NCBI GenBank assembly: GCA_963743305.1
Contig: CAVUPH010000010.1
Coordinates: 96,001-160,000, forward strand
Source: an uncultured delta proteobacterium
GTDB taxonomy: Bacteria > Desulfobacterota > RBG-13-43-22
Direction of reading: 5' to 3'
Length of the DNA stretch: 64,000 nucleotides
How positions within the stretch are numbered: the stretch's first letter is position 1; the number at the start of each line of letters is the position of its first letter. Of the stretch, positions 20,370 to 29,488 are shown in pieces. The notes under the pieces were generated by a model that saw only the letters and a program-made list of their open reading frames with translations, was not told where the DNA came from and searched no databases. The position numbers and the translations under genes were made by a program.

Positions 20370-22936
20370 ACCTGTCCAGGGGCCTTGACTTCCCCGGCCA
20401 CGGTTAGAAGATGCTCCTGGATAGCTATCCCGAAGAGGCGTTCGTTCTCTTCCAGATAAGGCCGGATGAGTTCCCAGTCTTTATCGGTAAAAGGCGCCAT
20501 TTCACCTCCGTTGAGCTGTTCGGGAATAATCTTATGGTCCGGGTCGCGGACGAAAATGGCTCCCCCGGAAGCCAGGGAAAAAAGGTTGGAGCCCGGGTAA
20601 GGGGTATCCTGGGGGATGATTTGCCCCTGGGTTTCCACGGTCAGGCCGTTTAAGATAACGAATCCCCCTCCCTGATGGGGATCTCCGGCCATGAAGGATT
20701 CGGCCAGGAAGTCGAGGGCCGTACCGTTGATGATTACTTTAGGGCGCCCAACGGCATTGATCAGCGGGCGTCCGGCGGCGTTGCCCAGCACATAGACCTC
20801 CCCGCCTTTGGCCCCGTATAAAAAAGTCTGGCCCACATCGCCATAAACCACCAGTTTTCCGGATTTGAGGATTTGCCCCAACTGGTCCTGGGCGTTGCCG
20901 TGGACGTAGATTTCCATTCCGTCCATGCCGGAACCCAGGTAATCCCCGGAACTCCCGTAGGCATCAATCCGAACCCCCTGGGTATCCGGGCCCAGACCGT
21001 TGCCCAAGAAGCGCTGCCCGCGGAACCCAAAACCTATAAATCGTTTCCAGCCCAGTTCATAGGCCTTGACCAGCAGCCGGGCATCGCATTCTTCCCCTTC
21101 GGGAGGGAATTTTTCGGCATGGATGACCAGCACCATTTCTTTGCCCCTGGGGGCCCGAAGTTGGTGGCGGTGGTCATAATCGATCCGCAGATAGGTTTTT
21201 CCCTGGGACTCGTGGATTAGGGGTATCTCCAGAAAAATCCGGTCCAGAGCTTCCAGGACCATTTGCAGGATCGAGCGGCGCCGTTTAGAGCCGCTGGGAT
21301 AGCGTTGATCCAGGACCAGGGTCAGCAGTTCCAGGACCTGGGGTTTCAATTTTTCCGCGCGAGCCAATTCCACCAGATAACGGATCCAGGAACCCAGGCG
21401 GCGATAATCGCTCTCGGCCAAAAATGACTTCCAGTCGTTGAACATTCCTGGAATGGGGCCCGAGGTTAACCCTTCTTTAAGCTTCTTCAGAATCCCGGCC
21501 TCCAGCCCGTCATCGGCCATCGGGATCCTAAAATCGTAGGGTTGCCGGTCTTGGGGGACCGTGATCTCCCGGCCGAACTTGTCGTTGCAGGTGAGCTCGA
21601 GGGCGCCTGGGGCTTTTTCCTGGACCGAAAAGATAAACGCCCCGCCGTCGGTGTAGCTTCCTCCCCGGGCGTTCCAATAGCGGTCAGCCACAGTTCCAAA
21701 CCGGGGGTCCTCCCGGGCCAGGCTCTGGAGGGTGGCGTCAATGGCCTGTTTTTCCGAACAGATGAGCCCGATTTCCACCTCCCCTTTTTGTAGGGCAAAG
21801 ACCTGGGGACGCAGCATAGCGGTGTCGGTAATCCCGATCAACTGATATTTCCGTTGGCCGGGCATGTTCCGGGCAATAATAAAGAACCAGGGACCATCCG
21901 GGGAACCATGGATCTGGGTAGCCTGGATCTGACGATAAACCTTTTGTTTTTCGGGTGACAACTGATCGAAGTCCAATTCCGTAGTGGGGGCCAGGGACTC
22001 GATAATGTATTCCAGAGGATACCCATAGACCCGGTTTAACAAATCGAAAACCTGGACCGAAACTTCGGTATCGGTCAGAAACAGGGGGACCACGTTCCGC
22101 TGAAAAAGATATTCACTGACGGAATAGTAATTGGCAAAATCGCCGTTATGGACCAAGGCTTCGTCCATCCCGATAAAGGGATGGGCCCCACCCGGGTGCC
22201 AGACCCTACCTTTGGTTGGATAACGCTGGTGGGCGATCCAGACATGGGCCTTAAAATCTTCCAGACGATAATACTGGGTTACCTGTTCAGCGTAACCGAC
22301 GATTTTCAGAATCATCATGTTCCGACCATGGGACAAGACAAAAGCCCGTTTGTCCCCCAGGGAACTGTAGTAACGCTGATTAAGTTGAAAGGAGTTCTGG
22401 TAGATGAATTCCTCCTCAACTTTTCTGGCCGAAAGCTTGTCCAGACGGCGCTCTTTTTGAAAACGGGCCAGCACTTCGGGCCGGACGCGAACGAAATAGC
22501 GCTTGACCGCCGGGGGTTCCAATTCCAGACCGGGCACGTCCCGGTAGTCGTCCACGGTGGGCAGAAAAGCCTCGTGATCCACCCGGAAGCAGGGGCGGAT
22601 AAATTGTGCCTCCAATTCGGGCAGTACGGTTTTATCCAGCAGGGCAATCTGGTAAAGGAAATCCCCATCCAGGGTGCCCTGGTCCACCCCCAGCTTGGAA
22701 GCTTCCAGCCCCACGGCGGCGATACCTCCGCCTTTACCATTGCCGCGGTTGTGCATCTGCACCGAGGGTTCGAATATATGACGGCCACTAACCGGAATGT
22801 TGCAGGCGAAACCGGTGACCCCGCATCCGCCTTCTTCGGCCTCCGGCCGACGGGGTAAACGCCGTGCCGGATCAAGTTTTTCCAATAAATGAGCCCGCGA
22901 ATGAATCAGGGCCTGTGCGCTTGACTGATAGTTCAT
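20309..22936 (-). CDS. Split glutamate synthase: class II glutamine amidotransferase fused to GXGXG domain
   Basis: EEGG-CGV (propeptide then Ntn Cys), HNRG, IAHQRYPT, AHPF, VHNGD, TDTE; C-terminal GSSGDYLGSGM, GDVGQTFLYGAKGG, FLAESFMAG. Confidence 0.88.
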   Translation of the reverse strand: MNYQSSAQALIHSRAHLLEKLDPARRLPRRPEAEEGGCGVTGFACNIPVSGRHIFEPSVQMHNRGNGKGGGIAAVGLEASKLGVDQGTLDGDFLYQIALLDKTVLPELEAQFIRPCFRVDHEAFLPTVDDYRDVPGLELEPPAVKRYFVRVRPEVLARFQKERRLDKLSARKVEEEFIYQNSFQLNQRYYSSLGDKRAFVLSHGRNMMILKIVGYAEQVTQYYRLEDFKAHVWIAHQRYPTKGRVWHPGGAHPFIGMDEALVHNGDFANYYSVSEYLFQRNVVPLFLTDTEVSVQVFDLLNRVYGYPLEYIIESLAPTTELDFDQLSPEKQKVYRQIQATQIHGSPDGPWFFIIARNMPGQRKYQLIGITDTAMLRPQVFALQKGEVEIGLICSEKQAIDATLQSLAREDPRFGTVADRYWNARGGSYTDGGAFIFSVQEKAPGALELTCNDKFGREITVPQDRQPYDFRIPMADDGLEAGILKKLKEGLTSGPIPGMFNDWKSFLAESDYRRLGSWIRYLVELARAEKLKPQVLELLTLVLDQRYPSGSKRRRSILQMVLEALDRIFLEIPLIHESQGKTYLRIDYDHRHQLRAPRGKEMVLVIHAEKFPPEGEECDARLLVKAYELGWKRFIGFGFRGQRFLGNGLGPDTQGVRIDAYGSSGDYLGSGMDGMEIYVHGNAQDQLGQILKSGKLVVYGDVGQTFLYGAKGGEVYVLGNAAGRPLINAVGRPKVIINGTALDFLAESFMAGDPHQGGGFVILNGLTVETQGQIIPQDTPYPGSNLFSLASGGAIFVRDPDHKIIPEQLNGGEMAPFTDKDWELIRPYLEENERLFGIAIQEHLLTVAGEVKAPGQVYRTVQPLKRTVLTGSEEWE

Positions 22937-22960
22937 GGTCCTTCCCGATAGTTTTTAAGT

Positions 22961-24475
22961 TTAGTCGATAACTCCGGTCAGCTCTTCCGGACGAATATAA
23001 TCCAAATGCACCAATAAGTCCCAGCGACCCACCAGGTCCTGGATACGGGTCAATCCCAACCGGCGGAGCAAAAAACGCCATTGTTTCATCCAGGCGGTAT
23101 AGGAATTTATAATCCGCTGGGTACCCCAATCTTGGGTGATCAGCTTGGACAATTCGGGATCGGTGGTGGCGATCCCCCGGGCGCAGCCGCGGCCGGATTC
23201 GCAGTTGTGGCAACGCAGGCATTCCAGGGACACCATGTCCAGCGTGCCCAAACAGATGCCATTGGCGCCCAGGGCGATGATTTTGGCGGCATCGTAAGCC
23301 GTCCGGATCCCTCCGCTGGCAATGATGGTGATTTTATCCCTGATCCCTTCGTCCTTCAGGAACCGGTGAACTTTGGGCACGGCGTACTCCAGGGGCATGG
23401 CGATATTTTTCTTGGCAATGTCCGGGGCGGCGCCGGTTCCGCCATAACTGCCGTCCAACTGCAGAATATGGGCCCCGGCAAAATAGCTGCCCACGGCCAC
23501 CATGTCCACGTCGTTGGGGGTAGACACTTTGACGGAAACCAAAGCTCGGGGATTGATCTCTTTGATCCAATCGATGTGCTTTTTATGGTCCTCTACCGAG
23601 TACACGCTATGAAAGGGAAAAGGAGAAAAAAGGGAACTTCCGACCACGGCCTCCCGCATCCGGGCCACCTCCGGGGTGACTTTATCCCCCAGCAGGTGGC
23701 CGCCCAACCCCGGTTTAGCGCCCTGGGCGTATTTAAACTCCACAATGCGGACCCGTTTAATGGTTTCTTCCCGAACCCCGAAGAGCCCGGTGGCCACCTG
23801 GGTAATGACGTGATCGTCATAAGGGATTAAGTCGTCCGGGAATCCCCCTTCACCGGTACAGCAAAAGGTTCCCCAGGCGGTTGCGGCCCGAACCCGGGAA
23901 AGCATGGAATGGATGCTGACGGAGCCGAAGGACATACCGCCCAAATAAAAGGGAACGGGCAAAGCGACTTGGGGGCGCTCATCCCCGGTCCGGTTGAGCT
24001 CGATACCCAGGGAGATATCTTCCTCCGGAATCTCCCGGGGGGGAACGACGGGGAGCCGAAACCGGATTTTGTCGAAGCCGCCGCCCGAATCTCCGGTTTT
24101 ATAGTTGATATCCTGATAAGGGATCTCCCCGGTTTCGGCCATGTACCAGGTGCTGGCCAATAAATCGGAAGTCCAGCGCTTATCCCCCAGAACCTCAAAA
24201 GAAGGGTTGAGATTCAGGCGAATGGCGTCCCGAGGACAGCGGGACAAACAATAGAATTCATTTTTTTGGCAGGAAGGACCCAGACAGCGATATTCCTGGG
24301 CCACCCGGGGGCGCCGGCTGCCTTTCTGATAAACGCCGTAAGGACAAAGGGTAACACAGAGACCGCAATTATCGCAGTCCGGGGTGATGGTGATCCGGTA
24401 CTTGCTTAAGGCCTGTCGGAAGCGGGAAGGCGTCCGTTTTACTTCAGGGGGAATAAACGGAACGGGGGTGTTCAT
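22961..24475 (-). CDS. Split glutamate synthase FMN-binding subunit with N-terminal ferredoxin domain (catalytic motifs intact)
   Basis: CDNCGLCVTLCP, GMSFGS, TGEGG, QVATGLFGV, EFKYAQGAKPGLGGHL, GGTGAAP, SGGIR, CLRCHNC...C. Confidence 0.9.
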   Translation of the reverse strand: MNTPVPFIPPEVKRTPSRFRQALSKYRITITPDCDNCGLCVTLCPYGVYQKGSRRPRVAQEYRCLGPSCQKNEFYCLSRCPRDAIRLNLNPSFEVLGDKRWTSDLLASTWYMAETGEIPYQDINYKTGDSGGGFDKIRFRLPVVPPREIPEEDISLGIELNRTGDERPQVALPVPFYLGGMSFGSVSIHSMLSRVRAATAWGTFCCTGEGGFPDDLIPYDDHVITQVATGLFGVREETIKRVRIVEFKYAQGAKPGLGGHLLGDKVTPEVARMREAVVGSSLFSPFPFHSVYSVEDHKKHIDWIKEINPRALVSVKVSTPNDVDMVAVGSYFAGAHILQLDGSYGGTGAAPDIAKKNIAMPLEYAVPKVHRFLKDEGIRDKITIIASGGIRTAYDAAKIIALGANGICLGTLDMVSLECLRCHNCESGRGCARGIATTDPELSKLITQDWGTQRIINSYTAWMKQWRFLLRRLGLTRIQDLVGRWDLLVHLDYIRPEELTGVID

Positions 24476-25860
24476 GAGGCAACTCCTTTTCCCAGGGAGG
24501 CAAAAACATCCGCCTCCAGGTCTTCAAAAAACATGGCCCGGCCCATCTCCCCCCGCAGGCGACGGGCTTCCCGAATTCCCATGGCTCCCATGATCTCCAG
24601 CAGTTGGTTATGCCAGCCGGCCATTAAATTCCTGATCCGGGCTTCCCCCCGAGGCGGATAGATCTGATCGATAGTCACCGGGCAGGGGATGCCGGCGGCG
24701 CAGCGACGGCAAACCCGGCATTCCAGGGCGATCAACAACGGGATGTCCACGGCCACGGCATCGGCCCCGCAGAGGATCAGTTTGGCCAGGTGTTCCGCCA
24801 TGGAGATTCCGCCCCCGGCAATGACGGTAATCTGGTCGCGGACTCCAAAGCGAACCAAGTGGAGGTGGATTTCTTTGATCCGGTCTTTGATATACCAGGG
24901 ATCCTCTCCCTGTTCCCGCCCCAGTTCATTGGCTATGAAATGGAGGATTTCTATCCCGTCTTGGGCCAGTTCCAAGGCCCGTTCGCTGGAACGGGCCGAG
25001 AGGGGTAACCGGACCGCGATGACCGCTTGGGCGTTGATAGCCTTCAATTTCCGCAGGCGTTCCAGGACCCGGGGGCCGTCGGGGATTTCGATCAGACGCA
25101 ATTTCTTGATCAATTCCGGGTCCACGGTTTCCACCGCCTGATTGATATAGAGCAGGACATGGTCCAGGTATTGTTTCAGGCTGGGTTCCCATTCCTGCTG
25201 GGAGATCACCGCAAAGGAGCCGATGCCCCGGGCCCCCCGAAGCAGGGTATGATTGATGCGGTCCCGGGGAGGCGACCAGGGCAGGAGATCGAAAATAATC
25301 GGCAAGGGGATTTCCACCAGGGATTGGGTCGGTGACAGCAGGTTTCCCCGGTCATCGAACTCCAGCGACATCCATTTGCGCCCCAGATCCACTTGGGTAC
25401 TGATATACTCCCGGCCGTGAATCCCGTCCCGGGTCGGCCGGACAATTTCCGACATATCCGTCCACATGGCATCAAAGCCCGGACCGGAGAAAGTCCCTCC
25501 ATACCCGGCCCCGGAAACGGGGATCCTTCCGGTTTCCGCCTGAAACCATAAGGTGGAGATGATTTCGGGGGTCCAATAGGCATCCCCCAGCTTCTTATAT
25601 TCCGGGTTCAGGGATTTGTGGATCAACCGATTGGGGCAGTTCTGGACACAGCGGAAACAGTCTTTACAGAGGCTGTCCAGAGAATCCACCATCAGGCGGG
25701 CATCGAGATTTTTTTTGTCATAAACGCCGTAGACGCAATCCCGCTTCACGCAGCGAGGGCATTTGAGGCAGCCTTCTTCCCAGGCGATCACCCCGGAACG
25801 GGTGATGGTCGGGTAGCGGTTGGGGACGTTGGCCGTTTGAATATGGTACTTCGCTGGCAT
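24472..25860 (-). CDS. Glutamate synthase FMN-domain paralog with ferredoxin domain, catalytic motifs degenerate
   Basis: CLKCPRC, CKDCFRCVQNCP, AETGRIP, GFD, AGGGI, GADAV, CRVCRRC...CP kept; MSFG, GEGG, KxxQGAKPG and GGTG absent. Confidence 0.82.
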   Translation of the reverse strand: MPAKYHIQTANVPNRYPTITRSGVIAWEEGCLKCPRCVKRDCVYGVYDKKNLDARLMVDSLDSLCKDCFRCVQNCPNRLIHKSLNPEYKKLGDAYWTPEIISTLWFQAETGRIPVSGAGYGGTFSGPGFDAMWTDMSEIVRPTRDGIHGREYISTQVDLGRKWMSLEFDDRGNLLSPTQSLVEIPLPIIFDLLPWSPPRDRINHTLLRGARGIGSFAVISQQEWEPSLKQYLDHVLLYINQAVETVDPELIKKLRLIEIPDGPRVLERLRKLKAINAQAVIAVRLPLSARSSERALELAQDGIEILHFIANELGREQGEDPWYIKDRIKEIHLHLVRFGVRDQITVIAGGGISMAEHLAKLILCGADAVAVDIPLLIALECRVCRRCAAGIPCPVTIDQIYPPRGEARIRNLMAGWHNQLLEIMGAMGIREARRLRGEMGRAMFFEDLEADVFASLGKGVAS

Positions 25861-25918
25861 AACTTAATCCTTTAAAAGCGGTCTTTATTATAGCCAAAAA
25901 TATTGCAAATATTTTTGG

Positions 25919-26842
25919 CTAGAGGTTCGGTCGGGGGAAAAGGCCCGCGCCTTCCACTATCGGGGGAACGACCTCCTCCCATTCAATGGCCATGATATGG
26001 ACCCCGTGCACGCCCTTCATTTCTTTCAGGGCCTGGATGGTTTCGATACTTATCTTCACGCCCTCCCGACGCTGTTCCTTGGCCGGAACGGCCTTCATCC
26101 GTCGAATGACTTCCTCGGGGATATCCATTCCGGCCACCTTACTATTCATATATTCGGCCATCTTGGACGATTTCAAGGGGGTGATCCCGCCTAAAATATA
26201 GACCTCACGGTCCAGATTGCGCTCCCGCACTTTATCCATCCACTCGGAGAAGCGGGCCAGGTTATAGATGCATTGGGTTTGGATGAACTCCGCCCCGGCC
26301 TTAACCTTTTTGGCCAACCGCAGGACCCGGTACAAAAAAGGGTCGGCAAAGGGATTGGCCGCCGCTCCGATAAACAGGTCCGGGGACACGGTCAGAGGCT
26401 CTCCTCCCAGGACCTGGCCCTGGTCCCGCATCTGCCGGGCGGTGCTGATCAACTGGAGGGAGTCCAGATCGAAGACTCCTCTGGCCTGGGGCTGATTGCC
26501 GAAGGATTGATGGTCCCCGCTCAGGCAGAGGACATTGCGAATTCCCAAGGCCGAGGCCCCCAGGAGGTCCGACTGCAGGGCGATTCGATTCCGGTCCCGG
26601 GTGACCATCTGCAGCACCGGGTCCAGCCCGGCCTGGCGAAGCAGGGTGCAGGCCGCCAGGCTGCTGAGGCGCACCACCCCGGTTTGGTTATCGGTGACGT
26701 TGACGCTGTCCGCGTATCCGGCCAGCAGTTTTCCTTTTTTAAGGATGGCCTCGGGGTCGGCGCCTTTAGGAGGCCCGCACTCGGCGGTGACGGCGAAATG
26801 ATCGGCGGCTAAGACTTTTTTTAACTGGCTTTCCGTTTTCAA
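25919..26842 (-). CDS. metF: Methylenetetrahydrofolate reductase
   Basis: VTAECGPPKG, NVTDN, RDRNRIALQSDL, LCLSGD, KVKAGAEFIQTQ; TTG start overlaps the metV stop (listed ORF over-extended to 27127). Confidence 0.92.
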   Translation of the reverse strand: MKTESQLKKVLAADHFAVTAECGPPKGADPEAILKKGKLLAGYADSVNVTDNQTGVVRLSSLAACTLLRQAGLDPVLQMVTRDRNRIALQSDLLGASALGIRNVLCLSGDHQSFGNQPQARGVFDLDSLQLISTARQMRDQGQVLGGEPLTVSPDLFIGAAANPFADPFLYRVLRLAKKVKAGAEFIQTQCIYNLARFSEWMDKVRERNLDREVYILGGITPLKSSKMAEYMNSKVAGMDIPEEVIRRMKAVPAKEQRREGVKISIETIQALKEMKGVHGVHIMAIEWEEVVPPIVEGAGLFPRPNL

Positions 26843-27507
26843 TTCCTTTGGTCCTCCCTGATGATTTTTCTGGGACCGGTTCCCTGTTGACGCGACCAGT
26901 CCGCGGGGGGGTAAACCGTTTCCAGTTGCGAAAGTCGCCCCGATTCTTCCAGGCGGTCCACAATGAGCTGCCAGGCGCAGGGGACTTCGGGGTCCACTTC
27001 GCATTGGCCGTTCTGAGAGCCCCCGCACGGTCCGTTGAATAATTGCTTGGCACAGCGGGTAATGGGGCAGATATCCCCGAAAAGATGCACCCGGCAGTGG
27101 CCGCAGCCGCGGCAATTCTCCAGCCAAAGTCCCGGCTCCTTGGTTTGTCCTAAAAAGGTGGTGTTCAGGGCCGGCAGAATAGGGATTTTGGGAAAGACTT
27201 CGGCTACGGCTTGTACCCCGGCCCCGCAGGCCAAAGACAGGACGGCCTCGTACTGATCTACCAGACCGGTCAGTTGATCGATGAACTCATAAACGCACTG
27301 GCGTTCCAGGGTCATTTCCCTGGTTTCCAAATCCCGGTTGGTCATGCGGGCTTCCATGCGCAGGGCGGAGGCCAACAACCCGGTTTCCCGCTCGCCGCCG
27401 GCGGCGCATTCGGCCACGCAACTGCCGCAGCCGACCACCAAGATTTTTTGGTAGGGGGAAATCATGGCCAGGATCTCTTCCATGGGTTTTCGTTCGGCGG
27501 TAATCAT
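26839..27507 (-). CDS. metV: MTHFR small Fe-S subunit MetV
   Basis: GCGSCVAEC..GG, RQC, ACGAG, C.GCG.C, CPITRCAK.L.NGPCGG, CAW. Confidence 0.9.
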   Translation of the reverse strand: MITAERKPMEEILAMISPYQKILVVGCGSCVAECAAGGERETGLLASALRMEARMTNRDLETREMTLERQCVYEFIDQLTGLVDQYEAVLSLACGAGVQAVAEVFPKIPILPALNTTFLGQTKEPGLWLENCRGCGHCRVHLFGDICPITRCAKQLFNGPCGGSQNGQCEVDPEVPCAWQLIVDRLEESGRLSQLETVYPPADWSRQQGTGPRKIIREDQRN

Positions 27508-27545
27508 GCTCGGGCTCCAATCAAAAAGATAAAATAGTAAAAAAA

Positions 27546-27965
27546 CTACAACCGGCGCAGGAGCGAATGCCCCTTAACCGGTATCCGGGTCAGGAGTTCC
27601 CGGGTGAGTTGATCGATGGCTTGGGGCAGGGGCGGGCGGGTCATTACCAAAACCAGTCGCTCGGGATCCATTCCGATTTCCTGAATCAACTTTTGGGCGT
27701 ATTGAATCCGCTTCCGGGCGCGGGTGTTGCCTTGCTGGTAGCGGCAGGCTTTTTCAGGGCAGGTGATCAGAAAGACCAGATCCGCCCCCGACTCCATGGC
27801 CCGCAGGAAATGAAGCGATTCAATGCGTCCGCTGCAGGGGAGTGGGAAAAATTTGATTCGCGGGCCCAGTTCTTTTTCTATCACCCGGCGGTTAAGGTCT
27901 TGAGCCGGATCGATCTGCTGGCAGAAAAAAATATCGATTTTCATATCGGACGGATTAGTACTCAT
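27546..27965 (-). CDS. mvhD: MvhD/FlpD-type [2Fe-2S] protein
   Basis: FFC, LPCSGR, GAD.V...C....CRY..GN, IGMDPERL. Confidence 0.85.
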   Translation of the reverse strand: MSTNPSDMKIDIFFCQQIDPAQDLNRRVIEKELGPRIKFFPLPCSGRIESLHFLRAMESGADLVFLITCPEKACRYQQGNTRARKRIQYAQKLIQEIGMDPERLVLVMTRPPLPQAIDQLTRELLTRIPVKGHSLLRRL

Positions 27966-28115
27966 AAAAAATACCCATCAAAAATTATTTATAATTAAAT
28001 AGTCGCTTTATTTATTTTGATCAAAAAGGAAAACTTATAATTAATCATATTTTTTAATAAAAAGCAATAAAAAATTGTCTTTATCCTGAGGGCCAAAGGT
28101 TCAAGGCAGCTAGAG

Positions 28116-29444
28116 CTATAAAATCGGAAGATATTTTTCAAGCTCATAGCGGCTAACATGGGTCCGGTAACGATCCCACTCAATTTCTTTATTCTCGATA
28201 AATTTTTCAAAAATATGGTCTCCGAGGGCCTCCCGGACCAGGGTGCTTTTCTTCACTTCCTGAAGGGCCTCATAGAGATTTCCGGGAAGCGAGTGAATTC
28301 CTCGGGCCTCCCGTTCTTTCTGATTCATTTCATAAATATCTTCTTCAATGGGGTCCGGGATGGGGTACTTGCCCTCGATACCGGCCATTCCGGCGGCCAA
28401 CTGGACGGCGAAAGAAAGATAAGGATTGCAGGCCGGATCGGGCGAGCGGAATTCAATCCGGGTGGCCTGTTCTTTGCCCGGCTTATACATGGGGACCCGG
28501 ATCATGGTGGACCGGTTGCGCCGGGCCCAGGAAACGTAGACCGGGGCCTCGTAACCCGGCACCAGGCGTTTATAGGAATTGACCCATTGGTTGTTGATGG
28601 CCGTCATCTCCCGGGCATGGCGCATCAGCCCGGCGATATAGCCCTTGGCAGTCTCTGAAAGATGAAAAGGATCCCCTGGATTAAAAAAGGCATTTTTAGA
28701 GCCCAGAAACAAGGACTGATGGGTGTGCATGCCGCTGCCGTTGATCCCGAATACGGGTTTGGGCATGAAGGTGGCGTACACCCCATGGCTGCGGGCGATC
28801 TCCTTGACCACGATCCGGTAGGTCATGGTCATGTCGGCCATCTTCAGTCCTTCGGCGTAGCGGAGATCGATTTCATGCTGGCTGGGAGCGACCTCATGGT
28901 GGCTGTACTCTACTCGGATATCCATGGACTGGAGGGCGAAAATCGTGTCTCGCCGCAGGTCACTTCCCAAGTCTATCGGACGGGAGTCAAAGTACCCGCC
29001 CGCGTCCAGAAACCGGGGTTCCCCGTTGTCGGCGAAATAAAAATACTCCAGTTCGGGCCCCACAAAAAACGTATAGCCTTTTTCCATGGCCCGGGCCAGC
29101 AGGCGCTTAAAGGCGAAGCGGGTGTCGCCCGGATAGGGCGTGCCATCGGGCTGCAGAATATCACAGAATAGACGGGCCACCGGCCTCTCTCCCTGACGCC
29201 AGGGGACTAATTGAAAGGTGGTCGGGTCTGGTTTAGCGATCATATCGGACTCTTCGATGCGGGCAAACCCTTCGATCGAAGAGCCGTCAAAGCCCATACC
29301 CTCGATCATCCCCTCCTCCAATTCCGAGGGGGTGACGGCAAAACTTTTCAAAAGGCCCAGGATATCGGTAAACCAGAACTGAATGAAACTGATGTTTTTG
29401 TCCCGAACCAGGCGAAGCACATCTTCGGGTGTTTGACTAAGCAT
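28116..29444 (-). CDS. glnA: Glutamine synthetase, GSI-alpha-like paralog
   Basis: [60 protein letters not shown]; AAGGAGG RBS before ATG 29444. Confidence 0.92.
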   Translation of the reverse strand: MLSQTPEDVLRLVRDKNISFIQFWFTDILGLLKSFAVTPSELEEGMIEGMGFDGSSIEGFARIEESDMIAKPDPTTFQLVPWRQGERPVARLFCDILQPDGTPYPGDTRFAFKRLLARAMEKGYTFFVGPELEYFYFADNGEPRFLDAGGYFDSRPIDLGSDLRRDTIFALQSMDIRVEYSHHEVAPSQHEIDLRYAEGLKMADMTMTYRIVVKEIARSHGVYATFMPKPVFGINGSGMHTHQSLFLGSKNAFFNPGDPFHLSETAKGYIAGLMRHAREMTAINNQWVNSYKRLVPGYEAPVYVSWARRNRSTMIRVPMYKPGKEQATRIEFRSPDPACNPYLSFAVQLAAGMAGIEGKYPIPDPIEEDIYEMNQKEREARGIHSLPGNLYEALQEVKKSTLVREALGDHIFEKFIENKEIEWDRYRTHVSRYELEKYLPIL

Positions 29445-29488
29445 GCGGTAGTCCTCCTTAGGCACTAAATTTTTTCCCGATAAGGAGG

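Noticed and set aside
26843-27127. N-terminal extension of metF in the ORF track
   Set aside because: Overlaps metV; homology starts at the TTG overlapping the metV stop
27966-28115. AT-rich region before mvhD as another sigma54 regulon member
   Set aside because: No TGGCA-N-TGC element or twin boxes seen; promoter type unresolved
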